Origin: Ancylonema sp.
Taxonomy: Eukaryota
Reading direction: 5' to 3'
Assembly: GCA_050230475.1 (NCBI GenBank)
Contig: JBFLGF010000098.1
Coordinates: forward strand, 46,916-66,915
Length of the DNA stretch: 20,000 bases
The position numbers and the translations under genes are program-made. How positions within the stretch are numbered: position 1 is the stretch's first letter; the number at the start of each line of letters is the position of its first letter. Positions 10,271-20,000 of the stretch are shown here, one piece after another. Below the pieces are notes generated by a model. That model saw only the letters and a program-made list of their open reading frames with translations. It had not been told where the DNA came from and ran no database searches.

Positions 10271-10573
10271 GTATTGTCAATCTTCGTTCTATTTCCCGTC
10301 CGGGCCAGCTGTATGTTGCAGTTGGCACATCCCTTGACTCAAGAGCGGGCGGGTCCCAGCTCAAGGGGCTTGAGCTGCTTCGCACCTTGGCTGCTTTCGC
10401 AATTCACTCGCACCCGCACGTGCAGCTGGTCGTGGGCGGTGACTACCGCGGTATCCGGATCAGTGGTCCGAAGTCTTTCTTAACTTGGAGAGTGGTTTGC
10501 ATGAGAGCATCCCGGAATCCATAGGATATGGGCCTCCGTCATGCATACCACGTGAAGTTTCAATAACGTACTT

Positions 10574-11512
10574 ATGTTAGCTGCGCGTTCCAGTACGTCC
10601 GTGCTTTGGCGCAAATGGCGCAGTTCCCCTCTCTCTCCTGCAGTCGCCGCTTGGGTTAGGCCGCTGTCGGATAAATCTGAGGATGGTCCCCATGAAGACC
10701 TTGCCCATCCTTTTACTCGTACGCCGTTACCTGGGAGGCAGTTTCCTCGGGAGGAGGTCTCCCGGGGGGGCATGGGGCCCGGTCTCAGTGTGCGACAGAA
10801 GAGAGTGGGAGCTCAGGTTATGGCTGCCCTTTCGATGGAGCTTGGGCAAGGTCCTTTAAGGGATCCACTTATGCAAGACTGTGGCTTCGGAATTTTAGAG
10901 GTACAGGTTGAGAAATTTCATGCATGAATACAATTGTGTGGTTCACCGTCACATGCCAGGCTTCCTGTGGCTTACATACATTGACAGTGTCGCAAGGTCA
11001 ACAGCTGCGCAAGGTGACCTGTTGCCCACACCCTCATATGCAGCTCATATGTAGCTCTGAGAATGGATATCGAAGTGTTAAGGACCATTTGTCAAACCAT
11101 TGTCCACACCCGGCGTGTGTACCACCTAATTCTTTTCGACTCTGTGTAAACAGAGTTAACATAAGTATGGGAACGCATGTGTGCATCACCTGACCCTTAT
11201 CAGGGTAGTAAATGAACGCAGTCAAGCCAGCCTTCATTTTATTGATGGTCTTAATACCTTTCCCCAGCTGGCTTGCAGGTGCGAGTGTCAGCTGATTTGC
11301 GAACCGCCCATATTCTTTGGTCTGCGGCAGCAAATCAGCATCAAACTGCTGAGAAGCTGCTACGTTCACACATACGTCGTCTCCGCTCTTTCGTATTCTC
11401 TCACCTTAACCTGCCCTTCTCCCCCGTACTCCAGTTCCGTAAATGGGACCCCTCTAAAGATAAATACAATGAGGCATTAGATGCAGCCTTTTTAGCAATC
11501 AAAGATAGCTAA
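10574..11512 (+). CDS. Ribosome-binding factor A (RbfA) family protein, 2 exons, 186 aa, probable organellar (mitochondrial-type) presequence
   Basis: Exons 10574-10900 (GAG|GTACAG) and 11279-11512 (TTGCAG|GTG), phase 0. The spliced product reads RQKRVGAQVMAALSMEL..PLRDPLM..FGILE|VRVSADLRTAHILWS...AEKLLRSHIRRLRSFVFSHLNLPFSPVLQF. This follows the RbfA pattern RxxRV...DP...EVxVSxDLxxAxV...LR..L..L..P.LxF. Confidence 0.82.
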
Positions 11513-11597
11513 GTGCTCATACAGGATCGGGATCCCTTCATGGCATTCAGTGTAGGGTCTTGGTATCTGTTCTAGGGAGGCTATTTGTCCGCTAGTA

Positions 11598-12897
11598 CCG
11601 TATTGGGCACCCTAAATAATTTCTGTTTTTCCAAAAATAATTATTTTCGTGATGATTTTTCAAAATAATCCCGGGATTCCGTTAGTTATTATCGATGATT
11701 TGTGTTAATGATTCCATGAATCCGTTAGTTATTACAGTATAACCTGTTACAAGGAATACCGTCTAAAGGAATAACCTGTCTAAAGGAATAGTAATTGTCC
11801 CCCCCGACGCTGGGGGAGTGTAATTTTTCCAAAACCTGCATAACTCTCTAAAGAAATACTTTTCTAGCCCCCCGTGATAGGTGTAAAATAATAAAGGCTG
11901 ACACAAGAAGAGGATGTCGGCCCGTTCGGGATATATATCAACAAAAAGGTGTACAAATTCCGTACATTTTCTGACAGATTTTTGTTCATCCGTACCGGAT
12001 TCGTATCTTCGAGGTTGTGGGTCGTTACGATGAAACACCCTAGACGACAAAATATGGCCGGGCAGTATTTTGCTGGTGGTGTTAGTGCCTTCCACGTGCA
12101 CGTATATTGTTGGAATTGATAGATTTGGCCCCTAGTATCTCCCTCATTGTGGGAAGTTACTTGAGAGGAGGCTAAACGACAAAATATTGGTCGTGTGAAC
12201 CGGGAAAACACGTTTGAACGAATTATGAGCGTGATAGTGGATAGTTTTCCGTCGGAGGCACATGGGAACGGGTTTCGCTACAGTTAGAACCAAAACTGTC
12301 TGAGTGCATAACCTGTCTAAAGGAATACTTTTTCTCCTACCCGACAGTATTCCTTTAGACAGGTTATACTGTATCATTGATGTTTGGGGATGACTCCGGA
12401 TTGTAGGAATTAAAAGCGTAAAAGATTTCCTTGTTTAGGAATTAAAAATCAAATGATCTGTCTTCATCTGGGCCATTCTTGCATATTTACCGTACATTTT
12501 AACTTCAAAAGCGCACGTGGCAAGCACTCGTACTAGTCGCGATATCTCGACCGGCCACAATTTTGTCGTTATGGATGGTCTTAATTTGTCGTGTAGCGCG
12601 TCAAGTCGGTAATACTTCCCATATCGTGGGAGTTTAGGGCCCGGTACGTAGTTTCTGACGCCGTACATGTTGCTCGTCCAAAAATGTGTCATTTTGCACG
12701 TGCCTACTTGGTCGTGTACCTCGTTTCATCACATGTAGAGTCACATCCAGGTGATCCCGAGTTTCCCGTAAATGATTCCGAAAACGGGTCTTATTAATGA
12801 TATTGAGTATCCTTTTTCTACCAGTTAGTAATTAATTTAAATGATTACTTTCGGGTTTCAGTAATTAATCAAAAATCATTTACGGTGCCCAGTACGG
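11598..12897. mobile_element. Non-autonomous Tc1/mariner-type TIR element (1300 bp including nested insert)
   Basis: 25-bp TIRs CCGTATTGGGCACCCTAAATAATTT and AAATCATTTACGGTGCCCAGTACGG (22/25). TA on both sides (11596-11597, 12898-12899). No transposase ORF. Confidence 0.88.
11735..12371. mobile_element. Nested non-autonomous Tc1/mariner (pogo-like CAGT termini) element, 637 bp
   Basis: TIRs CAGTATAACCTGTTACAAGGAATAC and GTATTCCTTTAGACAGGTTATACTG. TA TSD (11733-11734, 12372-12373). Subterminal copies of ATAACCTGTCTAAAGGAATA at about 11771 and 12308. Confidence 0.9.
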
Positions 12898-14559
12898 TAT
12901 ATCTCTTTGCATCCACTACTCCCCTCAATAAAACGTCCTTGACGAATGTACGCCCTCACTTTCACTTCCCATATCCACCATTGTGTACGTGCTTCAATCA
13001 ATGAAGTGATCGCTGGAAACTGTCATGTGTTTGCTTATTACTAGTTGCCAGGAATCGGCGACCTTTGGCTCCAAATTGTGGTCCAGACCAGCGAATCGCG
13101 GGACCGTAATACTGCGTAAACCGCTCGTGAAGTCGAAAAATAATGCTAGTTATAGATTACAGATAATTAAGATTCGAAAATGAAATTGAGTCAGAAAATT
13201 GTTGAATTTGAGCCCAAGTTGTTGTTGTTGTAAATGCTAAATATGGGGAAACTCCTTCAGTATGACATTCCCACAAGTACCAATTCATCAAAAATCCATT
13301 CCGACTTTTACAAAATAAATGTTGGATACGGTTATCCGGTTAACAATCACAAAACCATACATATTTCGTCGATTGTTCAATCTCTCCCAATGATCCATTG
13401 CAGTACTTCAAGGACTAGTTTTGCGGACATGCTACCAGGATAAATCGTTCACAATTCATTCATGTCAGCTTTCCATCTTGTGTAGCGGACAAACCGAGTT
13501 AGAGTTAGATGATGCCAAGACCGGAAGATTGGAGAGATGGAAATGTTAGTATAAAATACTACTAGCCCGCCCAATTCTCATTAACATTTGATGTCAACGG
13601 ATGTGTCTCGATCAAGATCTGATTGTGCATGTCATTGTGCTACTGTTTCTAAATGAATGGCCTGCAAGCCTCCACCATGGTTCGGTTTACCTTCTAAACT
13701 GCATAACACAATACACCTGATGTACTACGGCTATCATTGTAATCTTTACACCTGTATCACACTAAGACTACATACTTGTATCACATAGCAACAATTCGAG
13801 CAAATAAAGGTTAGCAAGGAAAGAAGGCCTGAGGTCAGAGGTCAATATCAGAGGTCTGATATTGATTGTAAATCATTATCTAGCATCGTGTCCTACCCAA
13901 ACTTGAACTTGTTTTTCTCCAGCTTGAGAAACCACCTTGGAGATCTTTGGACCAGTATGAATATTATAATATTTTGTTACCTCATCCAGAGTTTAAAACA
14001 AGGCAAGTATGAAGGGATCACGCGGAGTTCAAAAGATTACCGTTGTGTCCGCAATGCACCTGTTCAGGTTCAGTTGGAGACACACAGAATGCTATCAAAT
14101 TGAACACATGTGATGACATTTGCAAAAGTTAACAGGACTACAACTGTACAGGGAAAAACCTCAAGGAGAAACAACCACTTCGGTGATTTGACTACCTTTC
14201 TTCGCCCGAAACCGATTTGTAAATTACCAGTTGAATACTACGCAGCAAATCTCGCTGCCACAGAAGGCACTCAGCCACTCGGCCACTCTCCATCGCCAAC
14301 CTCGCCGTACAACTCTTCCTGAGACTGCACCTATATTCCATCGTCCGAAGGTTAACCTGATTATAGCTGCTGACATGATGACATCGGTAACTAATGACTT
14401 CGGTACTTTCATCTACTATGTACAAATCAGGGCTTCACAAGGGAACCCGGAGACAGTCCGCCAAAGCGACTAATACATAAAGTAATACCCTTTGTATTCA
14501 GTCTAAGCAGCTGTCAATAATCGCTTCGCGATTCCGGTTGATAGACTAAATCCACCGGC

Positions 14560-15291
14560 CTACGAAATAACTTCCAGGATACCGACAGAAGCCAGAGAGC
14601 CCTGCCCTCCACTCTCAGCGGCGGCCATCTGACCTCTTGGAACACAGTTCCTGATCATACTCGCCTGAGCTTCCGTAGTTCCGTACCATAATCCATTTAG
14701 ATCATCCCAACGTACCCACTCCCTCAAGGAGCGCGGGTCTTGCCAGCTCCCTCGCGGAATCACATCCCCTTGCCGAGATGCATGAGAAGCGTGGAGTTCG
14801 TCTTGGGGACGGCCCTGCTGAACGTGTCCAAAATCGGCCCCCGTTGTAAACTCGGACCGTACAGGGACTTGGGGGAATGAAAATGTTTCCGTCTGGGAGG
14901 CTGGGGGGCCCGAGCGTGCAGGGTTATCGCTTGGAAGGCGAGACGATCCGAACATCATATCAGGCATATATTTGCTCTCCGGGACACAGGTATGGTCATT
15001 GCCGTCTTCCAGGATTTCAGGGCAAGGAGACTCCGCCGAGCTGGCCACGTCGGTCGCCTCCACCCAGATGCTTTCCATTGGGACGAATGGGGACCGTTGC
15101 CGGTGATATGCAAGAAACGGCTTCTGAGGGGCCTGTTCGATGACGCCCCTTTTTGCATCCGGCCCGACTTCCTCGAACGATCGCCGCTTATGTCCCAACT
15201 CCACCCGGCCCAGAGTGGCAGTATCGGCGGCATCGGCGGTGAGGAACTCCGACGACGCGCATCTTCGAATAGCCGAACGAGTACCCTTCAT
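14560..15291 (-). CDS. Intronless 243-aa protein with a C-terminal BIC-like (blue-light inhibitor of cryptochromes) domain
   Basis: ATG at 15291 to TAG at 14560 in a GC-rich ORF with AT-rich flanks. Basic NLS-like HKRR..KR. The C-terminal GDVIPRGSWQDPRSLREWVRWDDLN..GTTEAQASMI has the same G-x-V-x5-W-x5-L-[KR]-[DE]-W-[IV] and G-x3-A-x3-[LM]-[VI] spacing that I recall for the BIC cryptochrome-interacting domain. Confidence 0.62.
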   Translation of the reverse strand: MKGTRSAIRRCASSEFLTADAADTATLGRVELGHKRRSFEEVGPDAKRGVIEQAPQKPFLAYHRQRSPFVPMESIWVEATDVASSAESPCPEILEDGNDHTCVPESKYMPDMMFGSSRLPSDNPARSGPPASQTETFSFPQVPVRSEFTTGADFGHVQQGRPQDELHASHASRQGDVIPRGSWQDPRSLREWVRWDDLNGLWYGTTEAQASMIRNCVPRGQMAAAESGGQGSLASVGILEVIS

Positions 15292-16382
15292 TGCGTAATG
15301 GAATCGGAGAGTAAAGACGTTCTGAACGAAGACGATGAAAAGAGCGCACACAGTCGTACCTGTTCTTTACCAGGCACAGCAGAACGACAGGAACCTGAAG
15401 GTGGAAATCTAGTTACTCTCGAGGACTGATGAACGTCTCTGCGAGAGATGGCTGAGAGATTTGGGTCATAGAAGCGCCAGCGAGTAGATTTGGCAAGACT
15501 ATCCAACACCCCGATTGAAGCTGGCTAAAACCTTGTCAAGATTATGTTGGCTAAGACGGAAAATCTTAATTATGGCCAATCATGCGCAAATTTCGAATAA
15601 GCGATTACTTCCGTTCGCTCTTACATGACATCTATATTGTATTTGCATGTGTGCTTCTGTACGCAATATCTTTCAATATAGTATAACGTTGGGGAGGGGG
15701 TTGACGAAAAATAAGAGGGGAGTTTTTTGTGAGGGCGACGCAAGTTATAACTTTTGACTTTCAACATCTATTTAACTATGCAATTTGGATCGTTCCACAT
15801 AACTCTTGTTGGGCATCGATTGTGTCGATATTGTGTGTACATTCTAACGCCTCAATATAAAATATATCTCTTCGTGCCAACCTACTACAATCATCCGTAT
15901 TTGAATAGAACTCTCAATATAATTTATTTGCAACAAAATTATGATAGCATTCAAAATACACACGTACACGCCGAATCGTACTCAGCAAGTACATGCTTCA
16001 AGTACTCTAAGTTTTGCAGCCAAGAGACTTTCATCCACAATTTGAAACGTAGAACATCAAGAAATGCAAGCGAGTGCCATTCGATTTGAGAGCTCAATTT
16101 CGATGACTCGCACTTTCCCTCGTTTTGGTAGTGACATCTGATATTCATGTACATAGTCAACGTCATTGTACAGAGTCTAGTGACAACTCGATATAATAAC
16201 TTCAAATTTGTGACTGTGTCGAGGCGAGCCTATATTTGTATTCGTGTTATTTATGAGAACTTTGTGCTCTGAGATCCATTTCCAGGCCCCGACTTTTGAG
16301 CCCGGATATTTTCCAATCCCGGAGCCCAAACCGTTTTGGTGGGGTCCCAGCACTCTACCGGGGGGCTAGCCCCTCGGAGGGC

Positions 16383-16718
16383 TCGGAGGAGGTGCAGTCC
16401 CACTACTTCCCTCACCATGCGCCGGGTGCCGCTCGAATCAACACCAGAAGCTTTGGGAGTACTCCCTCTCCTAATCTTGGCGTCGAGGAAGAATTTGGGC
16501 GCTTGTGGCTGGCGCAACCAAATGCGTTTTACTCTAATGGGCTACCTTAGGGGATTCAACTAGCACGGGATGAAATAGCACGCGTGGTGAATTGCAATGA
16601 CGTGTCGGACCTTGTCATAGTAGACAATGCTACCACTGCAGCAATGATTGTGGCCCAAAAGATTGCGGCTGATTTCGTATCGGGAAAACGCGGTGCGGGA
16701 GACGCGTTACGTTGGTAA
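16383..16718 (+). pseudogene. LCD: L-cysteine desulfhydrase (class V PLP-dependent enzyme) N-terminal fragment, pseudogenised
   Basis: EEVQSHYFPHHAPGAARINTRSFGSTP...WLAQPNAFYSNGLP*GIQLARDEIARVVNCNDVSDLVIVDNATTAAMIVAQK matches the plant LCD motifs F.HH..G.ARINNGSFG and VDNATTAAAIV. In-frame TAG at 16548-16550, no ATG, and no downstream PLP-binding region found. Confidence 0.85.
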
Positions 16719-17520
16719 CCGAAAAAGTATTGGGTTTTTTGAAAAAATATGAAGAGGAGTAGGTTCAATCGCAAGGTTGGACAATGTTATCACACATCCA
16801 ACTCCTATAAATTCTTTTTGGTTTTTCCAAAAAAAGTTTTAAAAATTTGGAAGTTTTGTTGGGTTCTTTTTTTAAAGAGTAGCTCCAATCACTTGTGAAA
16901 TTCAATATAGATGATAGAGTTACATTGGTACACGATTTATACGGTCAATTCTTGTATAAACATCATGGTTTATTATATGCATTTGTAGTCAAGTCAACGA
17001 CACAAATCAGCGATTTGCGAATGTGTAGCAAATATTTGTTGAGTAAGTTTTTTGTTTTTTTTTCTCGTGTTTTTCGACAGGAATAGTTTTAAAAAAAATA
17101 TTACAAGCAAAGTCATAATTCTTATCTAGTGGTCATGATTGCAAAAGATATGAACGAACAGTTATCAAACAGTTATCGAAAGTTATTAATAGAATATGAA
17201 AAAAAAAACAAGAACCGATTCTCGAACCTTTTGGTGGAAGTGGAGTTTTAAAAGATGGCTTGTAACGCGTAATTGTTACGCAACGCTCAAGTACTTTGAC
17301 TCTTTTACCAAACAATGTTTTGGCAGCGTCTTGTGTACTGCGACAAATAACGGCAATAAAAAACATATAGTCAATAACAAATATCATGTGTGTATCTCCA
17401 TTACAGGAGATAATTAAAATTCACATTCGAGCAAAGGACATTTTTTTTCTTTTTAAAGCTCTGCGAAATTTGGGTGTGATATTTCACTTTTCCGTGAGGA
17501 GAGGAGAACCCTACAAATCA

Positions 17521-17598
17521 CCCGGTTCGCCCGGTTCTGAACCGGTTCCATCTCGGAAACGGTTCCGAAATAAAAAAGGGCCGGTTCGTGCACCTCTG
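17521..17598. mobile_element. Solo hAT-like transposon end
   Basis: Five CGGTTC subterminal repeats ending in ...GTGCACCTCTG (reverse complement CAGAGGTGCAC, hAT-type). Partner end and TSD not found. Confidence 0.45.
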
Positions 17599-18769
17599 AG
17601 CTGTCCATTTGTGGGCTCAAAATGACTTTGGCAACCTTCACCCAACGTTTCCTCTTTAATTGATAATGCGCACGCATGCTACACATTTCACCGCTCTACC
17701 ATTTATTGTCTTTGTGTACATGTACCTGTGCCTGGGAGTGCATGCAAAGGAGTACTTGAAATTTGGTGAAGATAAGAAGAACCTCCCGTTGTATGCGGCG
17801 TAGGTTTTCAACCGTCGATATCTATTTATGGGAAGCGGTTCCGATGGAATCACAACGGTGATCTCATGTTTTCTATCTTGCAAACAAGTGGCAATCAATA
17901 AGTATGATTGTGCTCCGGCTGTACATCCCAAGGTTGGTCGCCGTACATAGTTAACAATTGTATATCCCGACAAATTCACGCGGCGTAATTTATGACCGTA
18001 TCATTTGGAATGTGCCCGTTTCTCATGACGTGACTCGGCGAAAATACCGAATATTAAATATCGAATATAGAATGACAACTACTTTGTTGCTGCCTCTCGC
18101 TGGACCGGATTTGGAGGAATATTCCGACAGCTTAATGTTGTATGAGTGATCGCCACTGAAGTCGATTGCCTCAATTCCGACGGCAAGATTAATCGCCAAG
18201 ATTAACTGTTGTGATAAGCGCAAGAAACGACCTAACCGATAATGCCGATACACGACCGGGACACAAAAGATGAAGATTGATATTACATCAATCTAAAATA
18301 AAATCCACATTTGTTTGACAATTTGATCACGAAATTCGACTAAGCTTATACGATATCAATCGAGAAGATTTTAGTGATTTTTGGACCGCATATCAAGCAA
18401 TGAAGTCGTCGTACATATGCATAAGGCGTAGAGCAATAATCTTAGAAGAATGATTCTTACTCAAAACTCTTGTAGGAGTTGAGACAACAAAACATGTTGG
18501 ACAACACATCTTTGTTGTGCGCAAAGAATCGACTCTTGGTTTTGACATGGTGGGAGAAAACACCATTTGGATCATTTGTCGTTTCCACGTGTTTTGCAAA
18601 TGATGAAGTTGGGGGTCCGGAAAAGAAAGTAATCCAGTACTCCATTCGTGATTCCCCCATTCATCCACAAGTAGTGGAGGTAGAAGTGCCCACACCTCAT
18701 CGGCTGCAACTACAAACGCGAATGAGTGGTTATGGGTATTTTCATTGATCGATTCTTTTGTCTTCAACG

Positions 18770-18897
18770 TTTTCACGTTTTTTTTTTTGCTTTTTTTTTT
18801 GTTTTTTTTTTTTTTTGGTTTTTTTTTTTGCTTTTTTTTTGTTTTGTTTTTTTTTTTTGTTTTGTTTTTTTGTTTTTGTTTTGTTGTTGTTGTTCTT
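18770..18897. repeat. T-rich low-complexity tract grading into (GTT)n
   Basis: About 125 nt of T runs punctuated by G/C. It generates spurious poly-K and poly-F ORFs. Confidence 0.9.
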
Positions 18898-19479
18898 CGT
18901 CAGAATATGCAAGACAAGACAATGTGTCGGATTTGGGAGAGACACATATAATCCCAATCAAAAACTATTTCCGCGCGAAACCCCAAAAAAAAACCCAAAC
19001 ACCATTGGAAAAACAAGTGTCCACTTGAAACTGGCTCGAAAACGGTTTCAAAATTTGTGCAACCATGATACGCGCACACCTCCCATAAATAACAATAGTA
19101 TGTATCTTTCTCCCACCCTCCTTCCTCCCTCCCCCACTACCCCCCCTCCCCTCTATACACTCTCTATCTACAAGTGTCTCATTCACAGTCGCCTTGCAAA
19201 GATACCAATCCTATGGAAGGAAATGGATCCGTGTCCCCCGATTGCAATATAATATTTACACGACTGGCAAAAATGTGCCCTACACATTCAGGCAATCACT
19301 CCCCACCCCCTTTCCTCCTTCGATCTCAAAAGCGGAGGAATTGAAGCCTCCAACTCTCACCTCCCCCCCCTCAACCCCCCCCCCAAAAAAACACCTTCAC
19401 GCCTAAAAAACAACCCCGCATTTCTAACAACAAATCTATCTTCACAATGATGTGGATATATATATACATACCCCCGCCC

Positions 19480-19700
19480 CTACGCCCCCCCCCCCCCGAC
19501 CACCTCCGTCACCTCCCCCCCCCGCTCCACCCGCCTCACAGCGGCGTTGCAGAAGAAGCATCGCTGGTGGTTCAACAGGTGGCGCGCTACGCACGTGTGG
19601 CAGGACAGGTGGCGACACGGGAGCAGCGTGGTGTCCTTGGGGGATGAGTAGCAAATGGTGCACAACGAGGAGGAATCGGATTCCGCTTTGGACCCCGACC
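19480..19700 (-). CDS. RKP: Terminal exon of an RKP/KPC1/RNF123-type E3 ubiquitin ligase (C3HC4 RING); upstream exons lie beyond the window
   Basis: Acceptor CCGCAG| at 19702-19701, after a pyrimidine tract. LCTICYSSPKDTTLLPCRHLSCHTCVARHLLNHQRCFFCNAAV carries the RHLLNxQRCFFCNA signature of RKP/RNF123. TAG at 19482-19480. Confidence 0.88.
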
Positions 19701-20000
19701 CTGCGGTTGGGGGGGAGGAGGGGCTTAGAAAAGGGTGCGAAGAAAAAAAAACGGTTGACCTTGAAGGACTCTCGAAAGAAGTTGAGGATAGACGGATACT
19801 CATACTCATACTGATATTATATTGAACCTGCCGAAATCACACGCTTGGTTGAATCACGCGCAAATGATGCTGAGTCAGCAGAAGTGCCCGTGACACATCA
19901 GCTCGCGATACACGGGTTGGAGAAAAAAAAGACACATGTCGGCATGAGGAACCTCATCACATGTCTCCCATGCCTACCTCACACCCCTCCACCCCCTCCA

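Noticed and set aside
11763..12692. ORFs inside the TIR elements as transposase
   Set aside because: Short, with no DDE/D or HTH-like motifs recognisable.
13680..14430. Splice-like sites and short minus-strand ORFs downstream of the BIC-like ORF as extra coding exons
   Set aside because: The joins I tried gave no recognisable protein, and the ORF already ends shortly after the BIC-like domain. 3' UTR introns cannot be excluded.
14992..15429. 145-aa plus-strand ORF
   Set aside because: Antisense shadow of the BIC-like ORF with no recognisable motif.
15292..16250. HY5/G-box light-responsive promoter upstream of the BIC-like ORF
   Set aside because: No canonical CACGTG seen, only scattered ACGT cores at a frequency expected by chance.
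18726..19252. Poly-Lys and poly-Phe ORFs
   Set aside because: Artefacts of the T-rich tract. The same applies to ORFs crossing 10222-10270.

Overview
Eukaryotic nuclear DNA with GT-AG introns. The genes are plant-type, so a streptophyte is likely, possibly an alga or non-seed plant (inference). 1-5.6 kb is a nest of transposons. A deleted Ty1/Copia LTR retrotransposon (1135-3672), whose integrase-linker block is internally inverted, sits inside an 8-bp-TSD hAT-like MITE, which sits inside a TA-flanked Tc1/mariner-like MITE, and several related MITEs lie nearby. Next come a complete 8-exon COQ2/PPT1 gene (minus, 6088-9764), head-to-head with a 2-exon RbfA-family gene with a mitochondrial-looking presequence (plus, 10574-11512), and two nested TA-flanked TIR elements (11598-12897). 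An intronless minus-strand ORF (14560-15291) has a C-terminus matching the spacing of the cryptochrome-interacting domain of BIC proteins. The window ends with a pseudogenised L-cysteine desulfhydrase fragment (16383-16718) and the last, RING-encoding exon of an RKP/RNF123-like E3 ligase (minus, 19480-19700). The BIC-like ORF and the putative mitochondrial RbfA are the best leads. Family calls come from motif recognition by eye, not database searches.
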